Position numbers and translations under genes: made by a program. Shown here piece after piece: positions 13,297-26,741 of a stretch of DNA of 64,000 nucleotides. Under the pieces are notes generated by a model. That model ran no database searches and was not told the origin of the DNA. It worked only from the letters and a program-made list of their open reading frames with translations. Every line of letters begins with the position of its first letter. Position 1 is the first letter of the stretch. The DNA lies in assembly GCA_951406725.2 (NCBI GenBank), contig OX597815.1, forward strand, positions 7,006,001 to 7,070,000. The letters run 5' to 3'. The stretch is from Octopus vulgaris. Taxonomy: Eukaryota.

Positions 13297-13643
13297 TATT
13301 TTTTTTTGAAAGAACGCGCTTTAGGATTTACCTTGAACTAAATAAAAACACCATCATCACCACCAATATCACCACACCACCACCACCAACAACAACAACA
13401 ACACATAGCTTTATGATTTATTGCCGGATCGAAATATCGAGTTTGATTTGATAAAACAATAAATAACGTAATGTATTTTGCCATGCATAGCGTAATTGTC
13501 CCGTTACTTGTTTCCTTCTTAGCCTTTTCTCTCTCGCCATCTCTCTTTCATGCACACAACAAAAGCTCTTCAATTCACTTGAGGACATCTAAATTAAAGT
13601 AGCTCAAGGAAAAGTAATTGAGGGTCAATAGATCGTTATTACC

Positions 13644-14032
13644 AAGGCGGCGAGCTGGCAGAAACGTTAGCACGCCGGGCGAAATGCTGAGCGGTATTTC
13701 GTCAGCCGCTACGTTCTGAGTTCAAATTCTGCCGAGGTCGGCTTTGCCTTTTATTCTTTCAGGGTCGATAAATTAAGTACCAGTTACGCACTGGGGTCGA
13801 TATAATCGACTTCATCCGACTGTCTGTCCTTGTTTGTATCCTCTGTGTTTAGCCCCTTGTGGGTAGTAAAGAAATAGGTATTTCGTCTGCCGTTACGTTC
13901 TGAGTTCAAATTCCGCCGAGGTCGACTTTGCCTTTCGGGGTCGATAAATTAAGTACTGTTGCGTACTGGAGTCGATCTAATTGACTGGTCCCCTTCCTCA
14001 AAATTTCGGGCCTTGTACCTAGAGCAGAAAAG
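13644..14032 (+). mobile_element. SINE family C dimer
   Basis: Full head followed by a second unit joined at agtaaagaaata|ggtatttcg. Confidence 0.88.
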
Positions 14033-14299
14033 AATAGTCCGTTATTACTTTGAGCAATGGCAAAAACCAAAATTTCGGGCTATAAACCTTTTTGACGGAG
14101 TATAGTGTTGAAGTGAGGATAGATTATTTTGGTAAGAACAGGAAGTAGATAAGGAAGTAATTGCATTGTGTAATATATATAAGCTTGTAGTTCCCTTTCT
14201 CACTTGGATTAAGTGAATGCACTTGACAATGTGTTACTCAAGTGCTTGACCATTCAAAATATTCCGCAAATGTGTTACTTGCTCCGTTAAAGCATGCTC

Positions 14300-14760
14300 G
14301 AAAGATTGCCAAAGATAAAAAGTTACAGAAATAAAAGTTACACGAATAAAGTAAGGAATAAAAATCACAAAAAATATACGAAAATTTACAAAAACTAAGT
14401 TAGTTATATAATATATAAGTTTAATATATAAGTTAGTTAATAATATATTTAAAAAATGTGAATAGAAACTGAAGGAATACGGTAACCGGGTGTTTACATT
14501 TCACGTATGTTAAATACGTCAGCAAAATAGCCGTTTACGTCTATTGAGACGGAGTAAATAATATGAAGCCGAAAGACCGAATACCATTGGTTAAAATTCT
14601 AATTATTAAACAACGTTAAACTTTGAAATTACAATTCCGTTTTCATTCTGGTTTACAATTATGTTTTCTTTTGACACATTCTACCAGTATACGAAGTTTC
14701 AAATTGTTTGGTTAAGTAGGAAAAATCTGAAAAAAACAGGCCTTAGAAATGAAAAGATCC
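14300..14760. mobile_element. Merlin-family MITE with left TIR lost
   Basis: Right end ...gaaaagatcc. The 8-bp direct repeat gcatgctc is at 14292-14299 and 14761-14768. Subterminal gacacattctaccagt.t.cgaagttt is shared with 36695-36722. Confidence 0.6.
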
Positions 14761-15645
14761 GCATGCTCCTCTATAGTTGAATAAATATATTTGCAATCTC
14801 GTAAGTACATTCATGTTAGCTGAAAATATCCAGAAATTTATCGTTGACCACGAAGCGTTTGTTGGTCTAAGACATAAAACATCTTATTAACTCGTATATA
14901 AGATGCACTATTTTCTACTTGGGTTTAAATGAGAAAAAAGTCGCTCTCTTTCTCAAATCTGGCTGGTCTTGTACTAAATTAACTCAGGCAGTCCCAACTC
15001 ACTCGACTTTCCTTCTTTCGTCAGCGTATTGTGTCCATCCAACAAAACTCCATACAGATCACTGTCTCCAATTCTTCTCCAGATGTTGATCCTCTCGAAT
15101 TCCCTTCCTGCACGTATTTTTCCGATAACCGTTGATTTGCAACAGTTCAAGTCAAAGACTAATGACATTAATTAGTGGTCTTTAATCGCAGCCAACCACA
15201 TACTCGGTCGAAAATTCGTAGCCTCTGATATCGGAAAAAGGTGAATAAGACTTTCACTAATGTTGCGAACAGCTACACGGCTGAATAAAAATCCACGATA
15301 CGCAATTTATCCTGTACTGATATCTTTTATGAACGTACTGTGTTAAAAACATAATAAATATCCGAGTGAAATAGACCAGCAGAAACCAACGAACCCCCAC
15401 CCCCAGATGCGTATGTTTGTATGGATGTATGTGCGCGAGTGTGTGCCTGTGTTTGTGTCCCCCACTCTTCATACCGCTTGACAGCCGGTGTTACTTTGTT
15501 TACGTCTGCATAAGTTAGCAGTTCGGCAAAAAGATGGATAGAACAAGTATTAGACTAAAAAACTTAAGTACTGGGGTCGACTTGTTTGAGTAAAGCTATC
15601 AAAGCGGTGCCCCAGCATGGCTTCAGTCCAATGATTCGAACAAGT

Positions 15646-15733
15646 CGTATGTATGTGTGTATGTATGTATGTATGTGTTTGTATGTATGTTTGTATGTAT
15701 GTATGTATGTATGTATGTATGTATGTATGTATG

Positions 15734-15764
<31 letters not shown>

Positions 15765-16078
15765 GTGTGTATGTATGTATGTATGTATGTATGTACTTAT
15801 GTATGTATGTATGTGTGTATATACGTATCTATGTATGTATGCATGCATGTATGTATGTATGCATGTGTGTATGTATGTATGTATGCATGTGTGTATGCAT
15901 GTGTGTATGTATGTATGTGTGTATGTATGTATGTACGTACGTATGTATGTATGCGCGTATGCATGTATGTATGTATGCATGCATGTATTTATGTATGTAT
16001 GTATGTATGTATGTATGTATGTATGTATGTATGTATGTATGTATATGTGTATGTATGCATGCATGCATGTATGTATGT
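15646..16078. repeat. (ATGT)n microsatellite at the tail of a partial SINE B
   Basis: Seen directly. Confidence 0.95.
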
Positions 16079-16330
16079 GGTATTTGAAGTGTTTAGTACT
16101 AACAGACATTTCTAAGAGTTTTATGTTTTGCTAAACTATTATGAAATTTAACTCAATGAAAGAGATTAAGAAATATATTAAGTAATTCGAATGTAGGGAT
16201 TTCCTGAGACATGGAATCAGTGGTGGTTCATGGATAAAATTAGTAGGAGTGCTGCATCAGAAAATTTTTAGCCGTTGTTTTAATACTGTGTAAAAGGAAG
16301 CAAATATATAAAAAGAATATTTATACATAA

Positions 16331-18326
16331 ACTTGATCGGTTCGCGTTTTAGCACCTACGGGATAGTGTATTTAATTTGTTCACTGAACACCGCCGCGAA
16401 TTCCCCCATTGTTTTTCAAAATTCTCCCCTAAATCATAAAATAAGTGGGGAAAATCTGCCCTATTTTTCAAATCCTGGCAACAATACTGAAGTTGGAAGC
16501 AGGATAATAATCTATTCATCACCTTCAAGAATATAAACACGTTTTTAAGCGCAACACACGCGGACTCAAAAACAAACACTACCTTCCACCGGCACTGCGT
16601 GAACAACAGTGGTCTCTCTCCCTAGCGTGAAGCTTTCTATCTCGGACATAGAGCATGTACACCACAGCCAAACACCGCGTCGCTGAAACTGTGAAGTGGA
16701 CAGTTCTATACAAGGATTTCTGTATTTTCTTCATAAATTATGGAATGGCTATTGACATTAAGCTTAGGGATTATATGATGTACAAATATAAAGAAAGAAT
16801 TAAAGTAAAAAAGGACTCATTATATTGAATGTTATCGAAAATATCGAGAGGAAATAGAGGGTGCTGCAGTTCCGCAGTGCCTGTACACGAGCCATCACTG
16901 CATGGAATGTATTTTAAGGCTTCCTCAAGGATGAAAAGATTAGAAAACGTTGTCTTGTCCTTGTTTAAATCTTTTGCCTATCCAAAGCATTTTCCTAAGT
17001 TTGTCCCAAATATCGATGCTTGTTTTCAAATTTTTAGCTAGCTCTTGTTTAATACGTTCTGATTTATATTAAGCTTTCCTTTCATAAGTCCCAGGTCATG
17101 CTGGTGTTTGAGAGAGTATGTATCGTTTTTGATGCATGGACACCTGGGAAATAAATCTTGTGTGTCATATGCAATGGCTGCTCGTTGTCGTAGTGGAGGG
17201 GCTTGCGTGAACGAATGAGTCTGAGAGCGATGTCATCAGAAGTTCTCAACTCATGGTGGGGCAACCCTTGGCGACAAGGTCGAGGATGAGGATCCAGTCT
17301 AAGCGTGACCAACTCCCAAAGATATCAACGCTGGAACAAGCGGATAACGACTACCACAGATCTCAACTCTTGAAACCAGCGGATGAAGAAGGCTACCCAT
17401 GACGGACATGCTACAGAAGGCGTCACTTAGAACTCTGACCGGGTCAGCGGCATCCGTTGCAGTTTCAATACTGGATCCTGCACGTCTCACTCTATATTTG
17501 CCTCAGAGGAGGAGTCACGAAACCAAGTATGTAGGTCACTTCTAGGCAATTTGAGGTCCACCTTAAACAAGTCCACGCCATTGACACTTTTCTTCTACTC
17601 CCTTTATATATATGTAATACACAGGACAGGCGAACAGTTACGACGGTACTGTGCAATTTGAAGGTAAATTTGGCTGTTCTGGCGATCACGTATAGGCCTG
17701 CATTCTCATTGAATATTCAAGCAGCTGAGATAGAGTAGGAAGTGTTATGGAGAGATGTATTTAATTGTTAATTCGAGTTTGCTGATTTGTTTTAATTTAT
17801 AGTCATGAAGAACGGGTGTGTGAGGCGTACTTGAAGATACAGTGTTGCGCCGTGTCAAGGTTAGTTAAGAGGGCTAACTACGTGCGGCTGTGTCAAAATG
17901 TTGCTAAGATACAGCTTTCTGTGGTGACATTTAACCCCAGCCAAGGAGGTATTTAATGAGGTCGGGATTATCTAAATTTCATTCGAATTCAACTTGTATT
18001 TACAGGTGGTGTGTCTGAGACTACTTAGCCAAGGTATTCTTTCTAATAGAATTTTAATCCTCCATTCGGCTCTTTTCTTATTCAGTTATTACAGACAAAC
18101 TATTGCATTATATCTCTGTGTGTCTGTGCGTAACTACGCACGTTTCCTCCTCTCACGTAACACATACATGTAAGTGAACTGTGTGTGTGCATGTGTATAC
18201 ATACATATATATATCCTTCCTGCCTCTATGTGTATACATAGAAGCAAGAAGGATACATTACTGTATGTATACATGTGTGTGCATATATATATGTATGTAT
18301 ATATATGTATACATATATATATATAT

Positions 18327-18402
<76 letters not shown>

Positions 18403-18445
18403 GCGTGTGTATGCGTGTAAGCATGTATGTATGTATGTATGTAAA
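16331..18445 (-). repeat. Right arm of the ~2.1-kb inverted repeat pair
   Basis: Reverse complement of 6325-8451. Confidence 0.9.
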
Positions 18446-18903
18446 TCATTTCATGATGGGATGGAGGCTAGGGTCAATATTGGTGGTGATATGGCGGGAC
18501 CCATTCTTGTAGAGAATGGTGTCAAGCAGGGTGACATTCTATCCCCAACTCTCTTTTCTTTGTACTTTGCTGCTGCTTTTACTCATGCTTTTGCTACGGT
18601 TAGCTCTCTGGGAATATATGTTAGGTATCGATCTTCTGGCCACTTCTTTAATCTGCGCTGATTTGCTGCCAATTCAAAAGTTTTCCAGTCTCTTATTCGT
18701 GACCCCTTTTATGCAGATGACTGTGACTTAGTCACTCATACGGCGGATGACATGCAAATACTTACGAATCGTATTTCTGCTTTTTGCAAGGCATTTGGAC
18801 TTAGCATTAGTCTGGACAAGACTGTTGTAATGTTCCAGTCTGCTTTAGGAAATCCATATGTGGAACCAGCTATCTAGGTTGAAGGAACAATACTGAAAAT
18901 GGT

Positions 18904-19291
18904 GTGGAGGCGCAATGGCCCAGTGGTTAGGGCAGCGGACTCGCGGTCATAGGATCGCGGTTTCGATTTCCAGACCGGGCGTTGTGAGTGTTTATTGAGC
19001 GAAAACACCTAAAGCTCCACGAGGCTCCGGCAGGGGGATGGTGGTGATCCCTGCTGTACTCTTTCACCACAACTTTCTCTCACTCTTACTTCCTGTTTCT
19101 GTTGCACTTGTATTTCAAAGGGCCGGCCTTGTCACTCTCTGTGTCACGCTGAATATCCCCGAGAACTACGTTAAGGGAACACGTGTCTGTGGAGTGCTCA
19201 GCCACTTACACGTTAATTTCACGAGCAGGCTGTTCCGTTGATTCGGATCAACCGGAACCCTCGTCGTCGTAACCGACGGAGTGCTTCCACC
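18904..19291 (+). mobile_element. Full-length tRNA-derived SINE (family D)
   Basis: A/B-box head ggcgcaatggcccagtggttagg...gtttcgatt. The 12-bp TSD is actgaaaatggt (18892-18903) / actgagaatggt (19292-19303). Confidence 0.9.
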
Positions 19292-19852
19292 ACTGAGAAT
19301 GGTTGACAAGTTTGTCTACCTGGGCAGCGCATTCAGCCGTTCTTGCTCCCTGAATGATGAAATTTCTTTCAGGCTGCAGAGAGCAACTGATTACTTCCAG
19401 TCTCTTCAATCTCGTGTCTGGTTCCAGCATGGCATCACAAGACAAACAAAAATTACTGTGTACCGTACATGTGTACTGACATCGCCCCTTCACTCATGTG
19501 AGACATGAACCTTTTACAAACGTCATGTAAAGGTCCTTGAACGCTTTCAACAGAGATGACTGAGACACATTCTGAATGTTGACTGGACCTTAAAAACTCC
19601 ACAGGTCCTGAGGAAATCTGATATCTTGAGTATTGAGGTGAAGGTGCACAAACGCCAGTTACGTTGGACTGGACACAGAACGAAGGATAGCAGGATCCCT
19701 AAACTGATGCTATATGGGTAACTATTATTGGAAATAGATCTCAGCAGAAACCAAGGCTGCGATTTAAGGACTGTGTCAAGTCCTCATCAAAGGCCTGTGA
19801 TATGCAGGAGACCGAATGCGAAAGCAATGCCTGTCATCGCCACAGATGGAGG

Positions 19853-21298
19853 TGTAGGGTTAAACGACCGTACGTAAGGAGTTGGCGACAAATGTCTCCT
19901 TTTTAACGCCGCACGGTCGTTCCCTAACATAATAAGAGAGAAGCCAGATACTTAATATAACATACAGTGACAAAGGAATAAATGATGGACAACAAACCGT
20001 TTTACTGTTTGAGAGAGAAGAGGACTTTATTTACAACGCGTGCAAAGAGAAAGTGTTTGAGTGCTAGCGAAGTGTTGTGTATGAATGCGTGCGCAAGTAT
20101 TTGTGTCTGTGTGTTCGTGTGTGCCACAGAAAGTACAAATAATAGTGTATGCACATAAAACAGAAATACAGATAAGATAAGTCTCAGCATATTGAGTTAA
20201 GATAGAGTTAGTTTACCAGTTCATAAGGTACACAATAGTAAGTTCGGCGATCTTTCGTCTCTAGTAGACCTTTCAGTCGATTTCCGTAAAAAAATTTTTT
20301 TTTTACATATGGGCTTGCGGGAACTTTTGAAGTAATATACATACATATACACATACATCGAGTAAAAAATTTCAGTTATCTCTTTCTTTCACACATTACT
20401 CTGTCTCTTCACACACACCAACAGAAGCACTTCACTTACACAACATACTGTCTGTCTTCCACACCCAATCAAACACACACACATGTCCATCAATGCTCCC
20501 ATGCACGGTAACTTCAAAAGAACTTCCCTCGTCATACAATCGCTTTCTCTTAATCTCTTTCGCTCTCATTACTTCAAAAGTTCCCGCAAGCCCATATGTA
20601 AAAAAAAAAAAAATTTTTTACGGAAATCGACGGAAAGGTCTACTAGAGACGAAAGATCGCCGTAAGTTCTATAACAAGATGTTGAGGGTCACGTGGCAGA
20701 GCCGGTTACTACCCGTGTAGAAGTTGTGACTATCATGCCGTGCCGAGTCTCTTGATATAGATAGGTCTTTCAGATATATTGCAACTGTTTTACCAGGGTG
20801 AATATTTACAAAATAGCGTGAGTTAAACCTGGTCGTGTTGATGTGTACATGCAGTTGACGGAGATGGAGACGACGATGGTGATGATGGCGGCGGAGATAG
20901 AAATCGTCCTGTTGCGGGTGTACATTAGCGTCGTCGTAGCTGAAGCAGGAGCATGGCTGACAAGCTGGTCGTCTGTCGCTGGAACTGGAACATGGCTGAG
21001 TAGCTCTGTGGTCAGTGACTAGACCTTAAAAGGTCTAAAGCCGAAAGACGAAGAATAGTGAAAATGCTAGTCTATTTAAGGAGTTAAACTGGCACAAATG
21101 AAGGGCATCTCATCCGAAGGCCGTGATTGGTTGGCTTTACACTTTGGCGCGAAATAAGTAGGGAGACAGACCGCGCCAAATGCCAACCAATTAGAGCAGT
21201 GGACACAACAGGGTCAAACTAGCCAAAGATGGTAGTAACCTCAAACGAGATCATTCCCAATGTGTTTCTCAAACAGTGAGGATATCAACATCGCTACA
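19853..21298 (-). mobile_element. Solo LTR inserted in the RTE LINE
   Basis: Termini TGTAG...CTACA with 4-bp flanks gagg / gcgg. It interrupts the LINE reading frame, and a related partial copy starts at 2876. Confidence 0.75.
20245..20662. mobile_element. MITE with ~92-bp TIRs nested in the solo LTR
   Basis: Arms 20245-20336 and 20568-20662 are near-perfect inverted repeats, flanked by taagtt on both sides. Confidence 0.8.
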
Positions 21299-21751
21299 GC
21301 GGAAGCAAGTTAAGGAGGGGGTCGACACCTTTGAGAGAGCACGTATTCTGCATGAATAATTTAAGCGTGCTGCTCGAAAGCGTACTGCTAGTGTAGTGAA
21401 TGGGCATAGGCTGGTTTGCAATGTTTGCAGTCGTGTATGCTTGTCAAGAGCAAGACTCCTTAGACACCAACGAAGCTGCAAATGCAAAATGTAAGTTAGT
21501 CCCAGAGCGCACAATGTTCCTAAAGGTCAGCAATGGTCTTCCTTGGCCATGAGCGGATGGCCATCATGAATGTATGTATGTATGCATGGGCCTTTTCACT
21601 AGCGTGTACTATGCTTAGGTCTACTATGGGACCCAGCCTGAATTTCTGCAGGAGAAACTAGGGTAGAAATGGAACTGGCGATGTTAAACAAGGTGTTGTG
21701 TTGGGACTACCACTCAAATTAACGGCGTATGTGTATGTGTTTGTGTGTGTG

Positions 21752-21803
<52 letters not shown>

Positions 21804-21994
21804 GCAAGGGTATCTCTGTATCCCGGCATTGGACATCTCTCTGCTCTCACATTTATAGCAATGACTGTGTGTCGGCTGTGTAAACGATTAAAGTGTATAC
21901 ATATGGTCATGCAACATGCTAGAAATAGCAACCAAAATTCATTTAAATTATACCTTAAATTAAAAAAAAAAACTAAGGATACTTTGGATAAATA

Positions 21995-22358
21995 GGATCT
22001 TTTCTGTTTGGCTGTAGCTGTGGAAATTTCAAAGTTTATTGAAAATGTTAACATTGGTGTATTAATGTAGTTTTTTAAACTAAATCTCAGGAGATATTTC
22101 ACTTTTTCCAGAAAGATTTTTCCAAAAAGTTAATGAAGTTTAAAATTTGATAATTTTCGCCGGGTAAGAAAACAGGATTTGGAAGCTGTAAGTTTGTGCG
22201 TCACGTGTTTCGACATGAAACTGTAAATAAATCAACTTCTACTTTCATGTCATTGATTAGCATGTAAAACTACATCTTTACATGAAATATGAAATCAATT
22301 CGAACAAAAATCAAAGAGATTGAAAATTGACAACCAAATTGACAAGCAGAAAAGATCC
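21995..22358. mobile_element. Merlin-family MITE
   Basis: TIRs ggatcttttctgtttg / caagcagaaaagatcc, with TSD gataaata / gatatata. Confidence 0.85.
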
Positions 22359-22719
22359 GATATATACATTGCTAAGTATATTACATTTAAAAACAAGATA
22401 AGACGACAACAAACAATGTCGGTGGTAGAGGTAGGAACTGTTTAATTTAATTATTTCCTGAATGTGAAGGACCTTTAGGGTCGATACCCATCTTTGGTTC
22501 GTTGTTGCTGTGGTATGTTAACACACTGTTGCTATGGTCTTTTTCCCAGTGTCTGTGTGTGTAGGGGGGGGGGGGGCGTCCAACATTGCTATTTCTGTAG
22601 TGTGTATATACTGTTGCTATGGTTGTGATATATGTACAATATTGGTGTTGTTATGGTTTTTACTCCTGGTGTGTGTATAATGTTGCTCTTGCTCTGATGG
22701 TGTATAGAAAGTTACTATA

Positions 22720-23130
22720 GACGCAGTCGTGGCGGCATGGTAAGATACTTGCTTCCCAACTACATGGTTCCGGGTTCAGACCCACTTCGTGGCAACTTGA
22801 GTAAGAGTCTTCTACTTTAGTCTCGGGCCGACCAAAGCCTTGTGAATGGATTTGATAGACGGAAACTGAAAGAAGCCCATCGCGTGTGTGTGCGTGTTTG
22901 CGTGTTTATGCATGTGTCTGTTTGTCCTTAGTCACCGGTTCTTGATAACCGATGTTGGTGTGTTTACGTCCTCGTAACTTAGGGGTTTGGCAAAAGTGTC
23001 CGATAGAATAAGTACTAGGCTTATAAAGAATAAGTTCTGAGGGCGATTTCTTTGACGAAAACCATTTAAGGCGGTGCACTAGTATGGCCACAGTCAAATA
23101 ACCGCAACAAGTGAAAGAATAAAAGAATAT
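22720..23130 (+). mobile_element. SINE family B (diverged)
   Basis: Head tggtaagatacttgc...gttcagaccc, conserved core and internal microsatellite. Confidence 0.8.
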
Positions 23131-23361
23131 ACATGTGCTCGAAATGAGGGACAGACAGACAATCGACAACTGATGAAGGGTCCTTTCTCTGTGTTTACTA
23201 GTCCTGTTTTCTTTTTTTTTGCTCTTTTTCCCCTCGTTTGTTTACATATTTCATGTTATTTACACCGTTGGTAACGTCCTGTACCCGTATATGCATGTGT
23301 GTGTGTATGTATGTATGTATGTATGTATGTATGTATGTATGTATGTATGTATGTATGTATG

Positions 23362-23411
<50 letters not shown>

Positions 23412-23469
23412 ATATATTATTTATTATATGCATTATATATTATTAATATATATTATTTATTATATACAA

Positions 23470-24688
23470 CTACTACATATGTGGAAAATCGGTGTGTGTT
23501 TGTTTGTGGCGTTGTTAGCTAACTCCTCCTACATCGTTTTATTGATTTTGATGAAACTTGACACATGAGTGGAACTCATGTCTGGAAACCGCGTGACATT
23601 CTTGGATTGTTGAAAAATTCGATAAATTGGCCCCTAGAAAGGACCTTTATATTTACCTCGTATAACTAATTTTTTAAACACCCAAGGGAAATAACCCATC
23701 GCACTTGTACAATATTTTTTTAAACACTCAAGGAAATAACCCATTTCATTGTTTTTGTTCGAATATTTTAAATACTGATTTTTTTGTGAGTCCTATTTCT
23801 AATTTTTGCAAACAATTTCACGTTTATGCATTATTTGACATGGGAGTAGAACTCATGTCTGGAAACCTCTTGACATACTTAGATTGTTGAAAAAAATCGA
23901 TAATAGGACCCTTCCAATGGATCCGGATCTTTACCCTTTGAACGGCAATTTCTCGATCTGCCGTTCAAAGGGAAAAGGCCCATGGATCCTTCTCTCTACT
24001 ACATATTACTAATATTTTATTTAAAAAACCCAAGGTAAATAACCCATACCACCTGCAGATTTTAGCGAAGCGATCAATATTTGATTCTCACGATCAACCG
24101 ACTGCATTTCACTACTCACAGATTTGAACTGCTAAACATTATAATTGCACTTCCATAATTTGAATCTTAAACCTTAAAGACTTCATTCATACATTTCTAT
24201 ACATATGCACCTTTTTGAATGCCCATTACTCCGATAACTCTGCATTGTTACAGTTACACTTTTTCCATGACAGTAGATAATTTTTTTTCTTCCACAACGT
24301 ATTCGTAGGGGCTTCATGCAGGCATAGCGTGGATTCGATCCTCGATTGTCAAATTTCACTTAACACTTCAACATCACTTTTCTCACGGTAAAACAATAGC
24401 TTTTCTGTGAATGACAGCAGTTATACATTTCCCAGATTCCTTCGCTAAGCAGAATAATGTCTGCCTCTCGCCAACCTCCGCCAACCTCTCTCACCAACCT
24501 CCTAGAATCTTTCTCGCCAACCTCCAACAATCTCTCTCTCTCCTCCAGCTGACAGTATTTTGTACTTTTTCTTGACAAAAAATACACCTCTTGTGGCAGT
24601 TATAGCGAAATTGCTTTCTTATATCAGAGAAATAAGACGTTTCAATAGAACATCTTTACCCCCGGAAATTACCGGGTACACCAGCTAG
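23470..24688 (+). mobile_element. Non-autonomous Helitron-like element
   Basis: 3' hairpin cccgg-aaatta-ccggg (24661-24676), then CTAG|t at 24685-24689. The 5' part has a gtttgtttgt tract and internal duplicated blocks. Confidence 0.65.
23925..23981. mobile_element. 57-bp minimal Merlin-like MITE
   Basis: TIRs ggatctttaccctttgaacggca / tgccgttcaaagggaaaaggccc, with a perfect 8-bp TSD atggatcc (23917-23924 and 23982-23989). Confidence 0.85.
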
Positions 24689-24689
24689 T

Positions 24690-25410
24690 ATATACATAAA
24701 TGTGTGTGTGTGTATATATGTATGTATGTATATCTATGTATGTGTCTTTGTTTTTGTCCTCCTACACCGCTTGACAACCGATGTTGGGTGTGTTTACTCC
24801 CCCGTATTATAGCGGTTCGGCAAAAGAAACCAACAGAATAAGTACCACACTTTAAAAATAAGTACCGGGGTCGATTCATTCGACCAAAAAATTCAAGGCA
24901 ATGCCCCAGTATGGCCGCAGTCTAATGACCGAAACATGCAAAAGATAAAAGATAGGCGCAAGCATGGGCGTTTGGTTAAGATCTCTTTATAACCATGTGA
25001 TTTCTGGGTTCAGTCCCACTGCGTGGCACCTTGGGCAAGTGTCTTTTACTATAGCTCCAGGCCGACCAAGGCCTTGGGAATGAATTTCACAAGAACAGAA
25101 AATGTGCGGAAGCCTGTTGCGTGCGTGCAGGTGCGCGCGCGCGCGCGCGTGTGTGTGTGCTTGCGTGCGTGTGTGTGCGTGTGCGTGTGCGTGTGTGTGT
25201 GCACGCTCGCGCTCACGTCTTTGTATTTGTTTGTCGCACTACTACCACCGCTTGGCAACTGGTGTTGGTTTGCTTACATCCCTGTAACTTAGCGGCTCGG
25301 CAAAAGAGACCAACAGAGAATAAGAACCAGCCTTAAAAACCAGATCGACTTGTTGGACTAAATCCTTCGCGGTAGTGCCCCCAGCATGGCTGCTCTTCAA
25401 ACAAACGCGT
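24690..25410 (+). mobile_element. Two adjacent diverged SINE B copies
   Basis: A 3' half at 24690-24953, then a near-full copy from ~24955. Confidence 0.75.
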
Positions 25411-25675
25411 GAAAGACAGTTGTGCGTTTACGGTGTTGCTGGTGTTCTTTAGCCTCCAGGTCAGCTCTGATCAACTAGACAGACCAATGGTAAAGGAAAA
25501 CAAAATTACACTCGTGACCATTCCTGCCATTGTGCTTATACGGATACAGTGTATCTAAGACCACTTTATCCAATGTCCCCTTCTCCATATTTGAAAATAT
25601 GATATGGTGTAATTTTATGGAAATTTGGCTATTATTTCTAGCAGGTCGAGCTTTCATATAGTGGAGCACCTTATA

Positions 25676-26320
25676 ACGTTTACAATGTTGCTATTGCTGT
25701 GATGTGTTTGCAATGTTGCTATTGCTGTGGTGTGTTTGCAATGTTGCTATTGCTGTGGTGTGTTTACAATGTTGCTATTGCTGTGGTGTGTTTGCAATGT
25801 TGCTATTGCTATGGTGTTTTTACAATGTTGGTATTATTGTGGTGTGTTTGCAATGTTGCTATTGTTGTGGTGTGTTTACAATGTTGCTATTGCTGTGGTG
25901 TGTTTACAATGTTGCTATTGCCGTGGCGTGTTCACAATGTTGTTTTTGCCGTGGCGTGTTTACAATGTTGCTATTGCTGTGGCGTGTTCACAATGTTGCT
26001 ATTGCTGGCAGACTCATTAACGCGCCGGGCGAGATGCTTAGCGGTATTTCGTCTGTCTTTACGTTCTGAGTTCAAATTCCGCCGAGGTCGACTTTACCTT
26101 TCATCCTTTCGGGGTCGATAAACAAAGTACCAGTTTCGCAATGGGGGGTGTCGATGTAATCGACTTAATCCCTTTGTCTGTCCTTGTTTGTCCCCTCTAT
26201 GTTTAGCCCCTTGTGGGCAATAAAGAAATATATTGCTGTAGTGTTTACAATGTTGCTATTGCTGTAGTTTGTTTACAAATTGACTGTTGCGATGGTGTGT
26301 TTACAATGTTGCTATTGCTG
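25676..26320. repeat. 28-bp minisatellite (gtttacaatgttgctattgctgtggtgt)n, interrupted by a SINE C at ~26005-26230
   Basis: Seen directly. Confidence 0.92.
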
Positions 26321-26741
26321 TGCTCTGCTGTTTTCTCTGTTGCCGACCTCAGTCTATATGTCTCCCTCTTTATATCTCTCCTCTTTTCCTTCTCCTCTGT
26401 CGCTCCTCGCCACACTCAACGAAATTTAACCTCTCGCCCCCCCCTCCCATACTCCACATACTTTCAGTTCTCTTTTACTACAGTCCCCGTCTCAATATGA
26501 TCGAGGCTGGAGATCCAATGGAATGCGAAAGAATAAAAAGAAATCGATACGCCCTACCTCCCACTTTGCCTCTCGCTTTATCTGGATATTGCTTCCGTCT
26601 TTAAACAACTAGGTCAACGAAGTGTGACAAAGAATTAAGAAGAAACACCTCATTGAATATATATATAGAGAGAGAAAACGCTTTTTAGCTCACAAGTGGC
26701 TGTATTAATTTGCATAAAGTTTCTCAGATGCTCTAATTTGC

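Larger units (their letters stand above)
18445..21500 (+). mobile_element. 5'-truncated RTE-clade LINE (RT C-terminal half plus terminal zinc finger), decayed, with nested SINE and solo LTR
   Basis: [10 protein letters not shown]...NGVKQGDILSPTLFSLYF...YADDC...FGLSISLDKT...VDKFVYLGS...WTGH. After the LTR it resumes as KQVKEGVDTFE...CNVCSRVCLSR...H. Confidence 0.9.

Noticed and set aside
14974-15168. 64-aa non-repetitive minus-strand ORF
   Set aside because: No recognisable motif or convincing splice signals, so it is left uncalled.
17165-17230. RTE-like 5' segment as an HDV-like ribozyme
   Set aside because: I could not form P1, P3 and P1.1 pairings, and the segment appears 5'-truncated.
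25676-26320. 28-bp repeats resembling a CRISPR array
   Set aside because: The units are contiguous with no unique spacers, there are no cas genes and the context is eukaryotic.
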